64,000 nt of DNA from an uncultured Pelagibacteraceae bacterium (GCA_902597515.1 CACJYB010000002.1:5065-69064); one strand, 5' to 3'. Positions 1-9,876 are shown, numbered from the stretch's first letter. Numbers and translations are program-made. The notes: generated by a model from the sequence alone, not told the origin.

Positions 1-1230
1 GTGTTTGATATTTGTCATGGATGCCGAAGATGTTTTAATCTTTGTGATTCATTTCCAAAGTTATTTGACATGATTGATGAATCTAAAAATGAAGATGTTG
101 AAAGCTTATCTAGCGATCAATTTGCCCCTGTAGTTGATGCATGTACATTGTGTGATATGTGTTTTATGACTAAATGCCCATATGTTCCACCACATGATTT
201 TGATTTAGATTTTCCACATTTAATGCTGCGATATAGAACAGCTCAAAAAAGGTTAGGTAAATTACCAAGCGTGCCAACACAATTAGCCCAAATAGACCGA
301 AACGCTAAAATTGGTGTTATGTTCTCTAAAATAGTTAATTGGGCATCAAATATTAAAAATAAATTAATTAGAAAAATCTTAGAATTAATTACTGGAATAG
401 ATAAAAGGGTTCAATTACCAAAATATAACTCAGAAACTTTTTCTAATTTTTTCAAAAAAAATAGAGATAAGATAAATTATCAAACATCTTCTAAAGATAG
501 AAAAGTTGTTATTTATTCAACTTGTTTTGTAAATTTTAATAAAAAAAATACAGGTGTTGCCGCTTTAAAAGTTTTGAAAAAAAATGGTGTAGAAGTTCAG
601 GAAGCTTACCCTGGTTGTTGTGGGATGCCATTTCTAGAGCAAGCTGATCTGTCAAAAGTTGTTGAACAAGCAAAAAAAGTTTCTAAGGATTTAGTCGAAT
701 GGATTGATAAAGGATATAAAGTAGTAACATTAACAGCGAGTTGTGGGTTGATGTTAAAATTTGAATGGCCTTTGTTGTTACCAAATGATGAAAAAATAAA
801 AAAATTATCTGCAAATGTTATGGATATTGATGAGTATGTTGTGGATATTGCAAACAATGAGGGATTAGCAGAAGGATTAAATGAGATTGACGGGGGAGTA
901 ACCGTGCATCATGCTTGTCATGCTAGGGCACAGAACATGGGCATCAAAGCAAGAGATATGTTAAAACTAATACCAAACGTTAAAATTGATGTAGTTGAAA
1001 GATGTGCAGGTCATGGTGGTACTTTTGGAGTAATGAAAGAAACTCATGATTTAGCAAATAAAGTTGGAAGGCCTACAGCTAGACAAATAAAAACCAAAAA
1101 TAATAAGTATATGGCTTCTGATTGTCCCTTAGCTGGTAAACATTTAAAACAGTTAGAAGTTGATACAAACATATCTAACGATGAGGCACTACATCCTATC
1201 GAATTGATGGCAAAAAGTTATAACTTATGA
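1..1230 (+). CDS. Fe-S oxidoreductase (GlpC/heterodisulfide-reductase-like, CCG domains), 5' end runs off window
   Basis: CHGCRRCFNLC and CTLCDMCFMTKC ferredoxin-like motifs plus CCG motifs (GCCGMP, RCAGHGG); followed by DUF3501 as in the rubrerythrin-associated cluster. Confidence 0.8.
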   Translation: MFDICHGCRRCFNLCDSFPKLFDMIDESKNEDVESLSSDQFAPVVDACTLCDMCFMTKCPYVPPHDFDLDFPHLMLRYRTAQKRLGKLPSVPTQLAQIDRNAKIGVMFSKIVNWASNIKNKLIRKILELITGIDKRVQLPKYNSETFSNFFKKNRDKINYQTSSKDRKVVIYSTCFVNFNKKNTGVAALKVLKKNGVEVQEAYPGCCGMPFLEQADLSKVVEQAKKVSKDLVEWIDKGYKVVTLTASCGLMLKFEWPLLLPNDEKIKKLSANVMDIDEYVVDIANNEGLAEGLNEIDGGVTVHHACHARAQNMGIKARDMLKLIPNVKIDVVERCAGHGGTFGVMKETHDLANKVGRPTARQIKTKNNKYMASDCPLAGKHLKQLEVDTNISNDEALHPIELMAKSYNL

Positions 1231-1826
1231 TTATGCCGAGAGAAAAAAGAGAAATTCAAAAAGAAGACATCATTCCCTTAGATGTTTATACAGAAAAGAG
1301 ACGTGAATTAAGAAAAAACATTGTTGATTATAAAAAAAATAGAAGAGTTGCTTTAGGTCCTTATGCCACTTTTTATTTTGAAAGTTATGAAACAATGTTA
1401 GCCCAAGTACAAGAAATGTTGTACATTGAAAAAGGTGGTGACGAGCAACTTCATGATGAGTTATCTGCGTACAATCCTTTAATACCTAACGGCAAAGAAC
1501 TAACTGCAACTTTAATGTTTGAAATAGATAATCCTATTTCAAGGGCTGCCTTTCTTGGAAAAGTTGGTGGAATAGAAGAAACAGTATTTATGAAAATAAA
1601 TGGTGAGAAAATTAAAGCAGTGCCTGAAGAAGATGTTGATAGAACCTCTGCTGAGGGAAAAGCTTCTTCTGTACAGTTTATTCACTTTAATTTTACTGAT
1701 GATCAAATAGAAAAATTTCAATCTAACAGTTCAGAAATTGAGCTTGGTATTGATCATAAAGAATATTCTCATAGCACAAAATTATCTAAGGAAAATATAG
1801 CTTCATTATCTGCTGATTTTAATTAA
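1227..1826 (+). CDS. DUF3501 family protein
   Basis: Motifs FESYETMLAQVQEMLYIE, AYNPLIP, ATLMFEI, KASSVQF; coupled to the Fe-S oxidoreductase. Confidence 0.75.
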   Translation: MIMPREKREIQKEDIIPLDVYTEKRRELRKNIVDYKKNRRVALGPYATFYFESYETMLAQVQEMLYIEKGGDEQLHDELSAYNPLIPNGKELTATLMFEIDNPISRAAFLGKVGGIEETVFMKINGEKIKAVPEEDVDRTSAEGKASSVQFIHFNFTDDQIEKFQSNSSEIELGIDHKEYSHSTKLSKENIASLSADFN

Positions 1827-2278
1827 TTTAGTCCCCAAATATTATCTGTTTTAATCCAACCTTCAAATTCTTCTGATGTAATTTTGCACCAATTTTGTTC
1901 ACACTTTTCTATAATTAGTAATCTTCCTTCTTTTATTTGAGCAACTGGTTTAGCAAAAGATGTAGGTTTCTTAAATAAAACTTTGTCTTTTGTGGCTATT
2001 ACTGAATTATTTTTTTTTAATTGTGAAATATGAATCCATCCGCTGTTATTTTTAAAATCAATAATTCGTCTAAAATTTTCTTTTTTATCGATTTGTTTTA
2101 AAGGTAAATTTATTTTTTTGTAAACATACTTGATGTCAGATTCAAAACTTGGTCCATAGCGTACATTCACCTTATTTTTTTTAAGAGAAACGAATATTTC
2201 TCCTGCATTACTTGAGGTAATAAAGAATATTAAAAGAGAGAATATAAAAATATTATTTATTAGATTTTTTATTTTCAC
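1823..2278 (-). CDS. Secreted bacterial SH3-domain protein (two SH3 repeats)
   Basis: Signal peptide; FVSLKKNKVNVRYGP, GWIHISQL, WCKI...GWIKTDNIWG. Confidence 0.8.
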   Translation of the reverse strand: MKIKNLINNIFIFSLLIFFITSSNAGEIFVSLKKNKVNVRYGPSFESDIKYVYKKINLPLKQIDKKENFRRIIDFKNNSGWIHISQLKKNNSVIATKDKVLFKKPTSFAKPVAQIKEGRLLIIEKCEQNWCKITSEEFEGWIKTDNIWGLN

Positions 2279-3020
2279 TTTTCTTTGTTTTATTTAATTT
2301 AACTTTTCTAAAGCTTAAATTTAATAAATCTATAATAAGAATAAATCCATTTAAATTTTGACCAATTTTTAATATTTTTTTTAAAACTTCATTAGCTAGC
2401 ATTGTTCCAATTGTTCCTGCTACTGGTCCCAATATTCCTTCGTATTCACAGTTTAATATTTCATCAGTAATAACTTCCTCTTGATAGAAGTCTCGTAAAG
2501 AAGGAGTATTTTTATCTACAAAATTAAAAGTAAAAATATGACCATCAAATTTACTAATTGCTCCAGTCACAAGAAATTTTTTATATTTTAAACTTAAATC
2601 ATTTATTAAAAATTTACTTTCAAAATTGTCAGTACCATCAATAATGAAGTCATAATTTTTTATTATTTTTTTAAATTTTACTCTATCCATTTTAAAGTTA
2701 TAAAGATTTATTTTTGTTTTTGGGTTTATTCTATTTAGTTTTTTTTTGGCAATTATAACTTTTGAGTGATTTAAATCTTTTTCATCATATAAACTTTGTC
2801 TATGAATATTTGATAGACTAACAATGTCATGATCAACAATTCCTAGTTTCCCAATGCCAGATCGGGTCAAAAAATCAGCCGCTGGACATCCTAGACCACC
2901 CATCCCAATTATTAAAACCTTTGAGTCTAGTATTTTTTTTTGTCCTAATGGACCTATGTTTTTTAAAATTATTTGTCTAGAAAATTTATCTATTTCTTTT
3001 TTGCTTAAATTTTTGCTCAT
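2253..3020 (-). CDS. HesA/MoeB/ThiF family adenylyltransferase
   Basis: FSRQI, GMGGLG, D..SLSNIHRQ, DGTDNF motifs. Confidence 0.85.
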   Translation of the reverse strand: MSKNLSKKEIDKFSRQIILKNIGPLGQKKILDSKVLIIGMGGLGCPAADFLTRSGIGKLGIVDHDIVSLSNIHRQSLYDEKDLNHSKVIIAKKKLNRINPKTKINLYNFKMDRVKFKKIIKNYDFIIDGTDNFESKFLINDLSLKYKKFLVTGAISKFDGHIFTFNFVDKNTPSLRDFYQEEVITDEILNCEYEGILGPVAGTIGTMLANEVLKKILKIGQNLNGFILIIDLLNLSFRKVKLNKTKKSENKKSNK

Positions 3021-3454
3021 TTTCCAGTAGAGCCAAAACCACCTTCTCCTCTAATTGTTTCTGGTAGATCATCAGTTTCCTCAAGATCCATTTTAATTAC
3101 AGGAGTTAAAATCATTTGTGCTATTCTATCCTTATTATTTATCAAGAAATCATTTTTCCCGTGATTAAAAAGGATTACTTTTATTTCTCCCCTGTAATCA
3201 CTATCAATAGTTCCAGGTGTATTTAAAACACTTATACTGTTTTTTGCAGCTAAACCAGATCTTGGCCTTATTTGGATTTCGAAATCACTTGAAAATGCAA
3301 CCGCAAGCCCTGTTGGAATTAAACATGATGAGTTTGGTTTAAGATTAATAGGTTCTTTTACTAATGCCATCAAATCCATACCAGATGCACCTTCTGTTTT
3401 GTAAGTAGGTAATTCAACCGCAGGGTCTAACTTTTTGATAAGAACTTTTGCCAT
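3017..3454 (-). CDS. dut: dUTP diphosphatase
   Basis: GMDL, RPRSGLA, GTIDSDYRGE, RGEGGFGSTG motifs. Confidence 0.98.
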   Translation of the reverse strand: MAKVLIKKLDPAVELPTYKTEGASGMDLMALVKEPINLKPNSSCLIPTGLAVAFSSDFEIQIRPRSGLAAKNSISVLNTPGTIDSDYRGEIKVILFNHGKNDFLINNKDRIAQMILTPVIKMDLEETDDLPETIRGEGGFGSTGK

Positions 3455-4659
3455 TAATTTAATTGATCAATTATTCTATCAACTATTTCATCAGAAATTC
3501 CAGATTTTTTTTTATATGAAAGTTTTTCTTTTTCAACGTCTTTGTTTTTATAATGAATTGTTACCTCATTATAATCAGAATTAAATCCTATATCTTTATT
3601 TGATACATCATTAGAAATTATCCAGTCACAATTTTTCTTGTTTAATTTTTCCTCTGCATTTTTATCGATCTGATTAGTTTCTGCTGCAAATCCTATTACA
3701 AGTTCAGGTCTCATAGAGTTATGGTTAGACACATAATGAAGTATGTCTACATTCTTTTCTAAATTTAAGTTTAAGTTCTCTTGTTTTTTAATTTTATTTT
3801 CATACTTTTTGTTAATCTTAAAATCAGCTACCGCAGCAGAAAAAATTGCTACATCAACAGGTAAATTTTCTTGAGTGGCAATTAACATTTCATCTGCTGT
3901 TTCGACTTTTATAAGATTAATATCTTTAGTTATTTCAAGATTAGTTGGACCTGATATTAATGTTGTATCAAAACCTTTTTTGGATAATGATTTTGCTAAT
4001 TCGTATCCTTGTTTTCCACTTGATTTATTCGTAATAAAACGAACTGGATCTATATACTCATTAGTTGGACCTGCTGTAACTAATGCTTTAAATTTTTTGT
4101 TATTTTTTTGAGTTAAGAAATATTTATCAATTTCTTCAGCAATTATTGATGGGTCTGACATTTTACCCTCTCCATATTCACCACATGCCATATCACCAAC
4201 CTCTGGACCTATTAGTTTATATCCAAACTCTTTTAATTTTTTTATATTTGTTTTAGTAGTTGGATGCTCCCACATTCTTACATTCATTGCTGGCGCTAAA
4301 ATAATGTCTTTATCTGAAGCCAAAACAACAGTGGATGCTAAATCATCAGTTGTTCCTTGAGCCAGTTTTGAAATTGTATTTGCTGTTGCAGGCGCAATTA
4401 CAATTATATCTGCCCATCTTGAAAGTGAAATATGATCCATTTCTGTCTCATTTTCTACACTAAATAAATCGCTATAAACTTTACCTTGAGAAAGTGATGT
4501 TACTGAAAGTGGAGTTACAAACTCTTTTGCACTTGTTGTAAGAATTGTCTTTATATCTGCACCATTCTTTTTAAAAAGCCTAATTGTTTCAAGACTTTTA
4601 TAAGCAGATATTCCTCCACAGATAATAAATAGTATTTTTTTATTTAACAAATTTTTCAT
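3454..4659 (-). CDS. coaBC: Bifunctional phosphopantothenoylcysteine decarboxylase/ligase
   Basis: GGISAYK, APATAN, PAMNVRMW, TAGPT.E.IDPVRFITNKSSGKQG. Confidence 0.97.
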   Translation of the reverse strand: MKNLLNKKILFIICGGISAYKSLETIRLFKKNGADIKTILTTSAKEFVTPLSVTSLSQGKVYSDLFSVENETEMDHISLSRWADIIVIAPATANTISKLAQGTTDDLASTVVLASDKDIILAPAMNVRMWEHPTTKTNIKKLKEFGYKLIGPEVGDMACGEYGEGKMSDPSIIAEEIDKYFLTQKNNKKFKALVTAGPTNEYIDPVRFITNKSSGKQGYELAKSLSKKGFDTTLISGPTNLEITKDINLIKVETADEMLIATQENLPVDVAIFSAAVADFKINKKYENKIKKQENLNLNLEKNVDILHYVSNHNSMRPELVIGFAAETNQIDKNAEEKLNKKNCDWIISNDVSNKDIGFNSDYNEVTIHYKNKDVEKEKLSYKKKSGISDEIVDRIIDQLN

Positions 4660-4667
4660 CTGCAGAA

Positions 4668-6236
4668 TTAAAATACTATAAGGCCAAAAATTACAAGAAG
4701 TAATAAACCAATAATAGATTGATTTCTAAATGCTATCATTTCTGATTTCTTATCATTCAGAGCTGTGTAAGAATTTGAATTTTGTGGAATTTGACCACTA
4801 GCTAAAAATGTTAATGCTTGGTTTGCTTTATCCATAATCTCAGGAAATTCTGGCAAACGTTTAATAACTTCAGATGTATTTTTTAAAGTTTCATTTAAAT
4901 TATTAATTGGGTCTTTTGTTTCCTTAAGCCAATTTTCTAGTACAGGCTTTGAGGTTGTCCAAATATTTGTGTTTGGATTTAATTTTCTTGCCACACCTTC
5001 AACAACAACCATAGTTTTTTGCAACATTAATAATTGAGGTTGAGTTTGCATATTAAACTTTTCTGTTACATCAAACAATTGTTTGAGTAATTTACCTCCT
5101 GAAATATCTTTTACTTCTTGACCAAATATAGGCTCACCAATAGATCTCAAAGCTTGAGCTAGATCATCGATTGGCACTTCTTTAGGAACTAATCCAGCCA
5201 CTAAATGAACTTCAGCTACTTTACGATAATCTCTTTGAATAAATCCAAATAAAATTTCTGCTAAAAACCTTTTACTAAGTTTGTCTAACCTGCCCATAAT
5301 CCCAAAATCTATAGGTACAATTTGGCCACTATTATCAACAAAAATATTTCCTTGATGCATATCTGCATGAAAAAAACCATCTCTTACAGCATGTCTTAAA
5401 AAATGTTGGATAATATCTTCAGCTATTTTGTTAGTATCTAAATTTCTTTTCTTTAGCTCCTCAGCTTCTCTTATTGAAATTCCATCTATCCAATCCAAAG
5501 TCATTACATTTTCACTAGTAAAATTCCAATAAATTTCAGGAACTTTAAATCCAGCATCATTTTTAGTGTTTTCAGCATATTCATTAGCCGCAGCAGCTTC
5601 GAATCTTAAATCCATTTCAAGATTAGTTATTTCTTTAAGTAAAAAAACAACTTCAACAAGTTTTAATCTTTTTGTTTTTTTTACAAATGACTCAATAATA
5701 AATGCAAATAACATCATTGCATCTATTTCCTCATTGAATATTTTTTTTATATTTGGTCTTAAAATTTTTATTGCTACATCTTTAATTGTTCCATTATCAT
5801 TTATTTTTGCTTTATGAACTTGTGCAATTGATGCAGCAGCAACTGGTTCACTTAAATCAATTATTGAATTAAATGCATCAACTCCAAGATCTTCTTTTAT
5901 AATTTCTTTTGCTTCATGAATTGAAAAAGGGGGTAATCGATCTTGAAGTTTTTCTAGCTTTAAAGATAATTCTTCTCCAATTATATCTGGTCTAGTAGCA
6001 AGAAATTGACCAAGTTTGATGAATGTTGTACCCATAGATTCTAATGACCTAGATAGTCTTTCACCATCATCATCAATTAAACTACTTTGTTCCTTTTTTT
6101 CAAATGAAATAGATAAAATTTGGAATAATATTGTTACAGCTAAAGGAGGTTTTTTAAATTTTGATGCAATTTTTAAAATATCTGATTTTGCAATTTTTCT
6201 ACCTAATTTAAATAAAGTAATAAGTTTTTTAATCAT
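4668..6236 (-). CDS. ubiB: Ubiquinone biosynthesis regulatory kinase (ABC1 family)
   Basis: IKLGQ, AAASIAQVH, FFHADMHQGN, DFG; ATG at 6236 overlaps the ubiE stop (TAATG). Confidence 0.95.
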   Translation of the reverse strand: MIKKLITLFKLGRKIAKSDILKIASKFKKPPLAVTILFQILSISFEKKEQSSLIDDDGERLSRSLESMGTTFIKLGQFLATRPDIIGEELSLKLEKLQDRLPPFSIHEAKEIIKEDLGVDAFNSIIDLSEPVAAASIAQVHKAKINDNGTIKDVAIKILRPNIKKIFNEEIDAMMLFAFIIESFVKKTKRLKLVEVVFLLKEITNLEMDLRFEAAAANEYAENTKNDAGFKVPEIYWNFTSENVMTLDWIDGISIREAEELKKRNLDTNKIAEDIIQHFLRHAVRDGFFHADMHQGNIFVDNSGQIVPIDFGIMGRLDKLSKRFLAEILFGFIQRDYRKVAEVHLVAGLVPKEVPIDDLAQALRSIGEPIFGQEVKDISGGKLLKQLFDVTEKFNMQTQPQLLMLQKTMVVVEGVARKLNPNTNIWTTSKPVLENWLKETKDPINNLNETLKNTSEVIKRLPEFPEIMDKANQALTFLASGQIPQNSNSYTALNDKKSEMIAFRNQSIIGLLLLVIFGLIVF

Positions 6237-6940
6237 TAAATTTTCCAACCACTATGAATTGAAACAATACCACCAGAAAGATTTCTATAAGAACATTTAT
6301 GAAAATTATTTTTTTCCATCAACTCTATTAATTCATCTTGATTAATAAATTGTTCAATACTTTTGATTAAGTATTCGTAAGGTTCTTTTTCTCCAACTAC
6401 AAACTGACCAATAATAGGAATAAGTTTTGAATAATTTTTATATACAAAATCAAGATTTGAATTTTGAATCTTAGAAAATTCCAGACATAGATAGCGTCCA
6501 CCAGGCTTTAAAACTCTATAGGCTTCTGAAAGTGCTTTATTTAAATTTTTTGTATTTCTTAGCCCAAAGCTAATAGTGTAATAATCAAATGAATTGTCTG
6601 TTATTGGTAATTTTTCTGCTGGAGAAATAACCCATTTTACATTTTTGTAATTAGATAATTTTTGCTTTCCTTGACTAACCATTCCTTTATTAGGGTCTAC
6701 ACAAGTAATTTCAGCTTCTTTATTTGTGCTATCTAAAAATAACTTTCCAACATCCCCCGTCCCACAAGCAACATCTATCAATTTTCTATTAACTCTTGGA
6801 TTCATCATATTTATTAAACTTTTTTTCCAATATCTATGTACACCCATAGACATAAAGTCATTCATCAAGTCATATTTGTTGTAGACCTGATTAAACACAT
6901 TTTCTACAAGTCCTTTTTTATTTTGAAGATTTTGTTGCAT
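6236..6940 (-). CDS. ubiE: Ubiquinone/menaquinone C-methyltransferase
   Basis: YDLMND.MS.G.HR.WK, DVACGTGD, FGLRN, RVLKPGGR. Confidence 0.95.
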   Translation of the reverse strand: MQQNLQNKKGLVENVFNQVYNKYDLMNDFMSMGVHRYWKKSLINMMNPRVNRKLIDVACGTGDVGKLFLDSTNKEAEITCVDPNKGMVSQGKQKLSNYKNVKWVISPAEKLPITDNSFDYYTISFGLRNTKNLNKALSEAYRVLKPGGRYLCLEFSKIQNSNLDFVYKNYSKLIPIIGQFVVGEKEPYEYLIKSIEQFINQDELIELMEKNNFHKCSYRNLSGGIVSIHSGWKI

Positions 6941-6969
6941 AAAAAAATATATATTGAATATAGTATCAA

Positions 6970-7833
6970 ATGCCAGAATTACCAGAAGTAGAAATTGTTA
7001 GACAATCCCTTCATAAAAAGATTAAAAAAAAAAGCATAAAAAAAGTAATAATCAGAAACAGGAATTTAAGGTTTAAAATACCAAGTGATTTTGAAAGTTT
7101 TCTTAAAAATAAAAAAATAATTAAAGTTAGTAGGTTTTCTAAATATTTGATTATCCATTTTCAAAATGAAGATTATTGTTTAATCCATTTAGGAATGTCA
7201 GGAACAATTCATATTCTTGATAAGAAAAAGCCTCTAAAATTTACTAATACTAGTTTTTATCATTCACCTTTTTTACCTAAAACACATAATCATGCAGAGT
7301 TTATTTTTGATAGCTTGAAAGTAATTTATAATGATCCAAGACGTTTTGGATTTTTTGAAATAATTAAAAATTATCAAGATCTACAGAGAAGATTTAAATC
7401 AATGGGACCTGAACCATTTAGTGAAAAATTTAACTTAAATTATGTACTTAATTATTTTAAGAAAAAAAATAAGGATATAAAAAGTTTCTTAATTGATCAG
7501 AGATTTGTTTCTGGAATAGGTAATATTTATGCAAGTGAAATTCTTTTCGCTAGTAAAATAAATCCATTTAAAAAGGCAAAAAGACTTAACAAAAATGAAT
7601 GTTTAAATATTATTTTAAATTCTAAGAAAATACTTCAACAGGCAATTAATAAGGGAGGTTCAAGTATAAGAGATTTTAAAGACATTTCAGGTAACAAAGG
7701 TAACTTTCAAAAAGAGTTTAAAGTTTATCAGCAAGACGGTATTGGTTGTAAGCGTACGCAGTGCAAGGGTATTATAAAAAAAAAAATAACATCAAATAGA
7801 TCAACTTTTTTTTGTATTTCTTGTCAAAAATAG
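6970..7833 (+). CDS. mutM: Formamidopyrimidine-DNA glycosylase
   Basis: N-terminal PELPEVE, HLGMSG, DPRRFG, GIGNIYASE, C-terminal zinc finger. Confidence 0.97.
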   Translation: MPELPEVEIVRQSLHKKIKKKSIKKVIIRNRNLRFKIPSDFESFLKNKKIIKVSRFSKYLIIHFQNEDYCLIHLGMSGTIHILDKKKPLKFTNTSFYHSPFLPKTHNHAEFIFDSLKVIYNDPRRFGFFEIIKNYQDLQRRFKSMGPEPFSEKFNLNYVLNYFKKKNKDIKSFLIDQRFVSGIGNIYASEILFASKINPFKKAKRLNKNECLNIILNSKKILQQAINKGGSSIRDFKDISGNKGNFQKEFKVYQQDGIGCKRTQCKGIIKKKITSNRSTFFCISCQK

Positions 7834-7845
7834 TTAAATATTTAG

Positions 7846-7874
7846 TTGACCACTTTAAATTCTCAAGCTATACC
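7846..7874 (+). promoter_or_regulatory. sigma70-type promoter of rpsT (near-leaderless)
   Basis: TTGACC-17 bp-TATACC, 9 nt before ATG at 7884; no SD. Confidence 0.6.
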
Positions 7875-7883
7875 CCTGCGCAG

Positions 7884-8144
7884 ATGGCAAACACAAAATC
7901 AGCAATTAAGAGAATTAGAAGAATTTCTAAACAAACTGCGGTAAATAAAGCTAGAAAGAGCAGGTTTAGAAACGCTCTTAAGAAAATGAACCTTCTAATT
8001 GATGGAAAAAAGAAAGATGAAGCTCTTAAATTTTTACCAAAGTTAAACTCTGAGTTGATGAAAATTGCAAAAACAGGAATAATAAAAAAACAAAATGCCT
8101 CTAGAAATGTTTCTAGAATAACAAAAAAAATTGCTGCAATCTAA
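7884..8144 (+). CDS. rpsT: 30S ribosomal protein S20
   Basis: MANTKSAIKRIRR; start corrected from 7812 to the internal ATG. Confidence 0.95.
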   Translation: MANTKSAIKRIRRISKQTAVNKARKSRFRNALKKMNLLIDGKKKDEALKFLPKLNSELMKIAKTGIIKKQNASRNVSRITKKIAAI

Positions 8145-8247
8145 ACGTTAGTTTAAATTTTCAAACAACTCCTGATATCCACATTATATATTTAAGTTTT
8201 GTATTAAGTTACTATATTTAGATTTAGTAAATATTTGGATTATCGTC

Positions 8248-8310
8248 ATTCAATCTATATTCGATTTAATTTTAATTCAATAAATTAATTGATTCAATCT
8301 ATATTCGATT
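8248..8310 (+). repeat. 19-bp direct repeat ATTCAATCTATATTCGATT x2 upstream of dnaA
   Basis: Copies at 8248-8266 and 8292-8310. Confidence 0.85.
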
Positions 8311-8457
8311 CAATTTATAATTTTAAATTTAAGTTTAATTTAGAATTTATTTTTTAAAATATAAATCACAATCATAGATTTTATTTTTTTTTTATTTTTC
8401 TTATTAACTTGTTGCAAAATTTTTTAAATCGTTCTAACTGAGATTTCCCCTTAAGTT

Positions 8458-9876
8458 ATGAATAAATTAACAAATACAAAAAATATTAATAATTTTTCTT
8501 CTGAAGGCTTTGAATGGAAGCAAGTACAGAATGAAATGAAAAATAAACTAGGCTTAGACGTTTATGAGAGCTGGTTAAAAAAGATTTCTTTTGTTGAAGA
8601 ATTCAATAATTACTTATTATTATCAGTTCCAACAAGATTTATTAGAGATTGGATCACATCAAGGTATTTAGACCAAATATTACAGATAATTAAGGTATTT
8701 AAAAAAGACATTATTAGAATTGAGTTCAAAATAGTTGAAAAAGCTCAAGATATCACCTTAAAAGAAAATAATATTAAAGAGGATAATACTAATGAAAATG
8801 TTTCATTTATAAAAGACTCTTATCTTCAGTATAATCGAATTGATCCAAATAAAAGATTTGATAATTTTATAACAGGTTCGAGTAATAAATTAGCATACGA
8901 AGCTTCTTTAAAAGTTTCAGAAAATATATCTCATTATAATCCACTTTATATTTATGGTGGTGTTGGAATGGGAAAAACTCACTTATTAAATTCAATAGGT
9001 TTAGAGCTTAAAAAAAATAATAAAGTGATGTTTATTTCTGCCGAACGTTTTATGTATCAGTTTGTAAAATCAATTAAATCAAACGACATGGTTAAGTTTA
9101 AAGAATATTTTAGAAATACAGATATTTTATTAATCGATGATATTCAGTTTATAAGTGGGAAAGAGGCTATGCAGGAGGAGTTCTTTCATACATTTAATGC
9201 ATTACTTGATAAGGGATCTCAAATAATCGTATCAGCTGATCGAGCACCTAACAAATTATCAAGAATTCAAGAAAGAATTAAATCAAGATTTTCTGGCGGA
9301 TTAGTTGTTGATATTCAAAAACCAGATCTTGAGCTAAGAAAAAAAATAGTTGAAAAAAAAACCGAAGAATTGAATGCTTTGTATTCTGAACAATTACAAG
9401 TTTCTAGAGAAATTCAAGATTTTATAAGTAATGAGATAACTGGAAGTGTAAGGGAATTAGTTGGTGCAATAAACAGAGTTGTTTCATTTTCAAGAATTTA
9501 CAACAAGGTCCCAAATCTAGCTGAAACTAAAATAGTTTTAAAGGATTTATTAAATTTAGCAGAAAATAAGGTTACAATAGATCTAATTCAGACAATTGTT
9601 TGTAAGTTTTTCAAAATCAGCAAAAATGAAATGTTATCATCGAGAAGATCAAGATATTTAGTTAGACCTAGGCAAACAGCAATTTATTTAACTAAAATTT
9701 TGACTTCTAAATCATTACCTGAAATTGGAAGAGAATTTTCTAACCGAGACCATACAACAATAATTCATTCAGTAAAAACTATTGAAAAGATAAAAGAAAA
9801 AGATCCTGAGATGGTTGATAATATAAATAAATTAAAAAACCAGATTTTATATAATAATAAAGAAAATGAAATTTAA
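8458..9876 (+). CDS. dnaA: Chromosomal replication initiator DnaA
   Basis: YNPLYIYGGVGMGKTHL, DDIQF, QEEFFHTFN, RDHTTIIH. Confidence 0.99.
   Translation: MNKLTNTKNINNFSSEGFEWKQVQNEMKNKLGLDVYESWLKKISFVEEFNNYLLLSVPTRFIRDWITSRYLDQILQIIKVFKKDIIRIEFKIVEKAQDITLKENNIKEDNTNENVSFIKDSYLQYNRIDPNKRFDNFITGSSNKLAYEASLKVSENISHYNPLYIYGGVGMGKTHLLNSIGLELKKNNKVMFISAERFMYQFVKSIKSNDMVKFKEYFRNTDILLIDDIQFISGKEAMQEEFFHTFNALLDKGSQIIVSADRAPNKLSRIQERIKSRFSGGLVVDIQKPDLELRKKIVEKKTEELNALYSEQLQVSREIQDFISNEITGSVRELVGAINRVVSFSRIYNKVPNLAETKIVLKDLLNLAENKVTIDLIQTIVCKFFKISKNEMLSSRRSRYLVRPRQTAIYLTKILTSKSLPEIGREFSNRDHTTIIHSVKTIEKIKEKDPEMVDNINKLKNQILYNNKENEI

Noticed and set aside
7812-7883. N-terminal extension of rpsT in the ORF track
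   Set aside because: Overlaps the mutM end and the rpsT promoter; S20 homology starts at 7884
8248-8310. Mini CRISPR array
   Set aside because: Only two 19-bp units and no cas genes in the window
8145-8457. oriC in the rpsT-dnaA spacer
   Set aside because: Only one imperfect DnaA box; alphaproteobacterial origins are usually elsewhere (near hemE). Kept only as a regulatory region.
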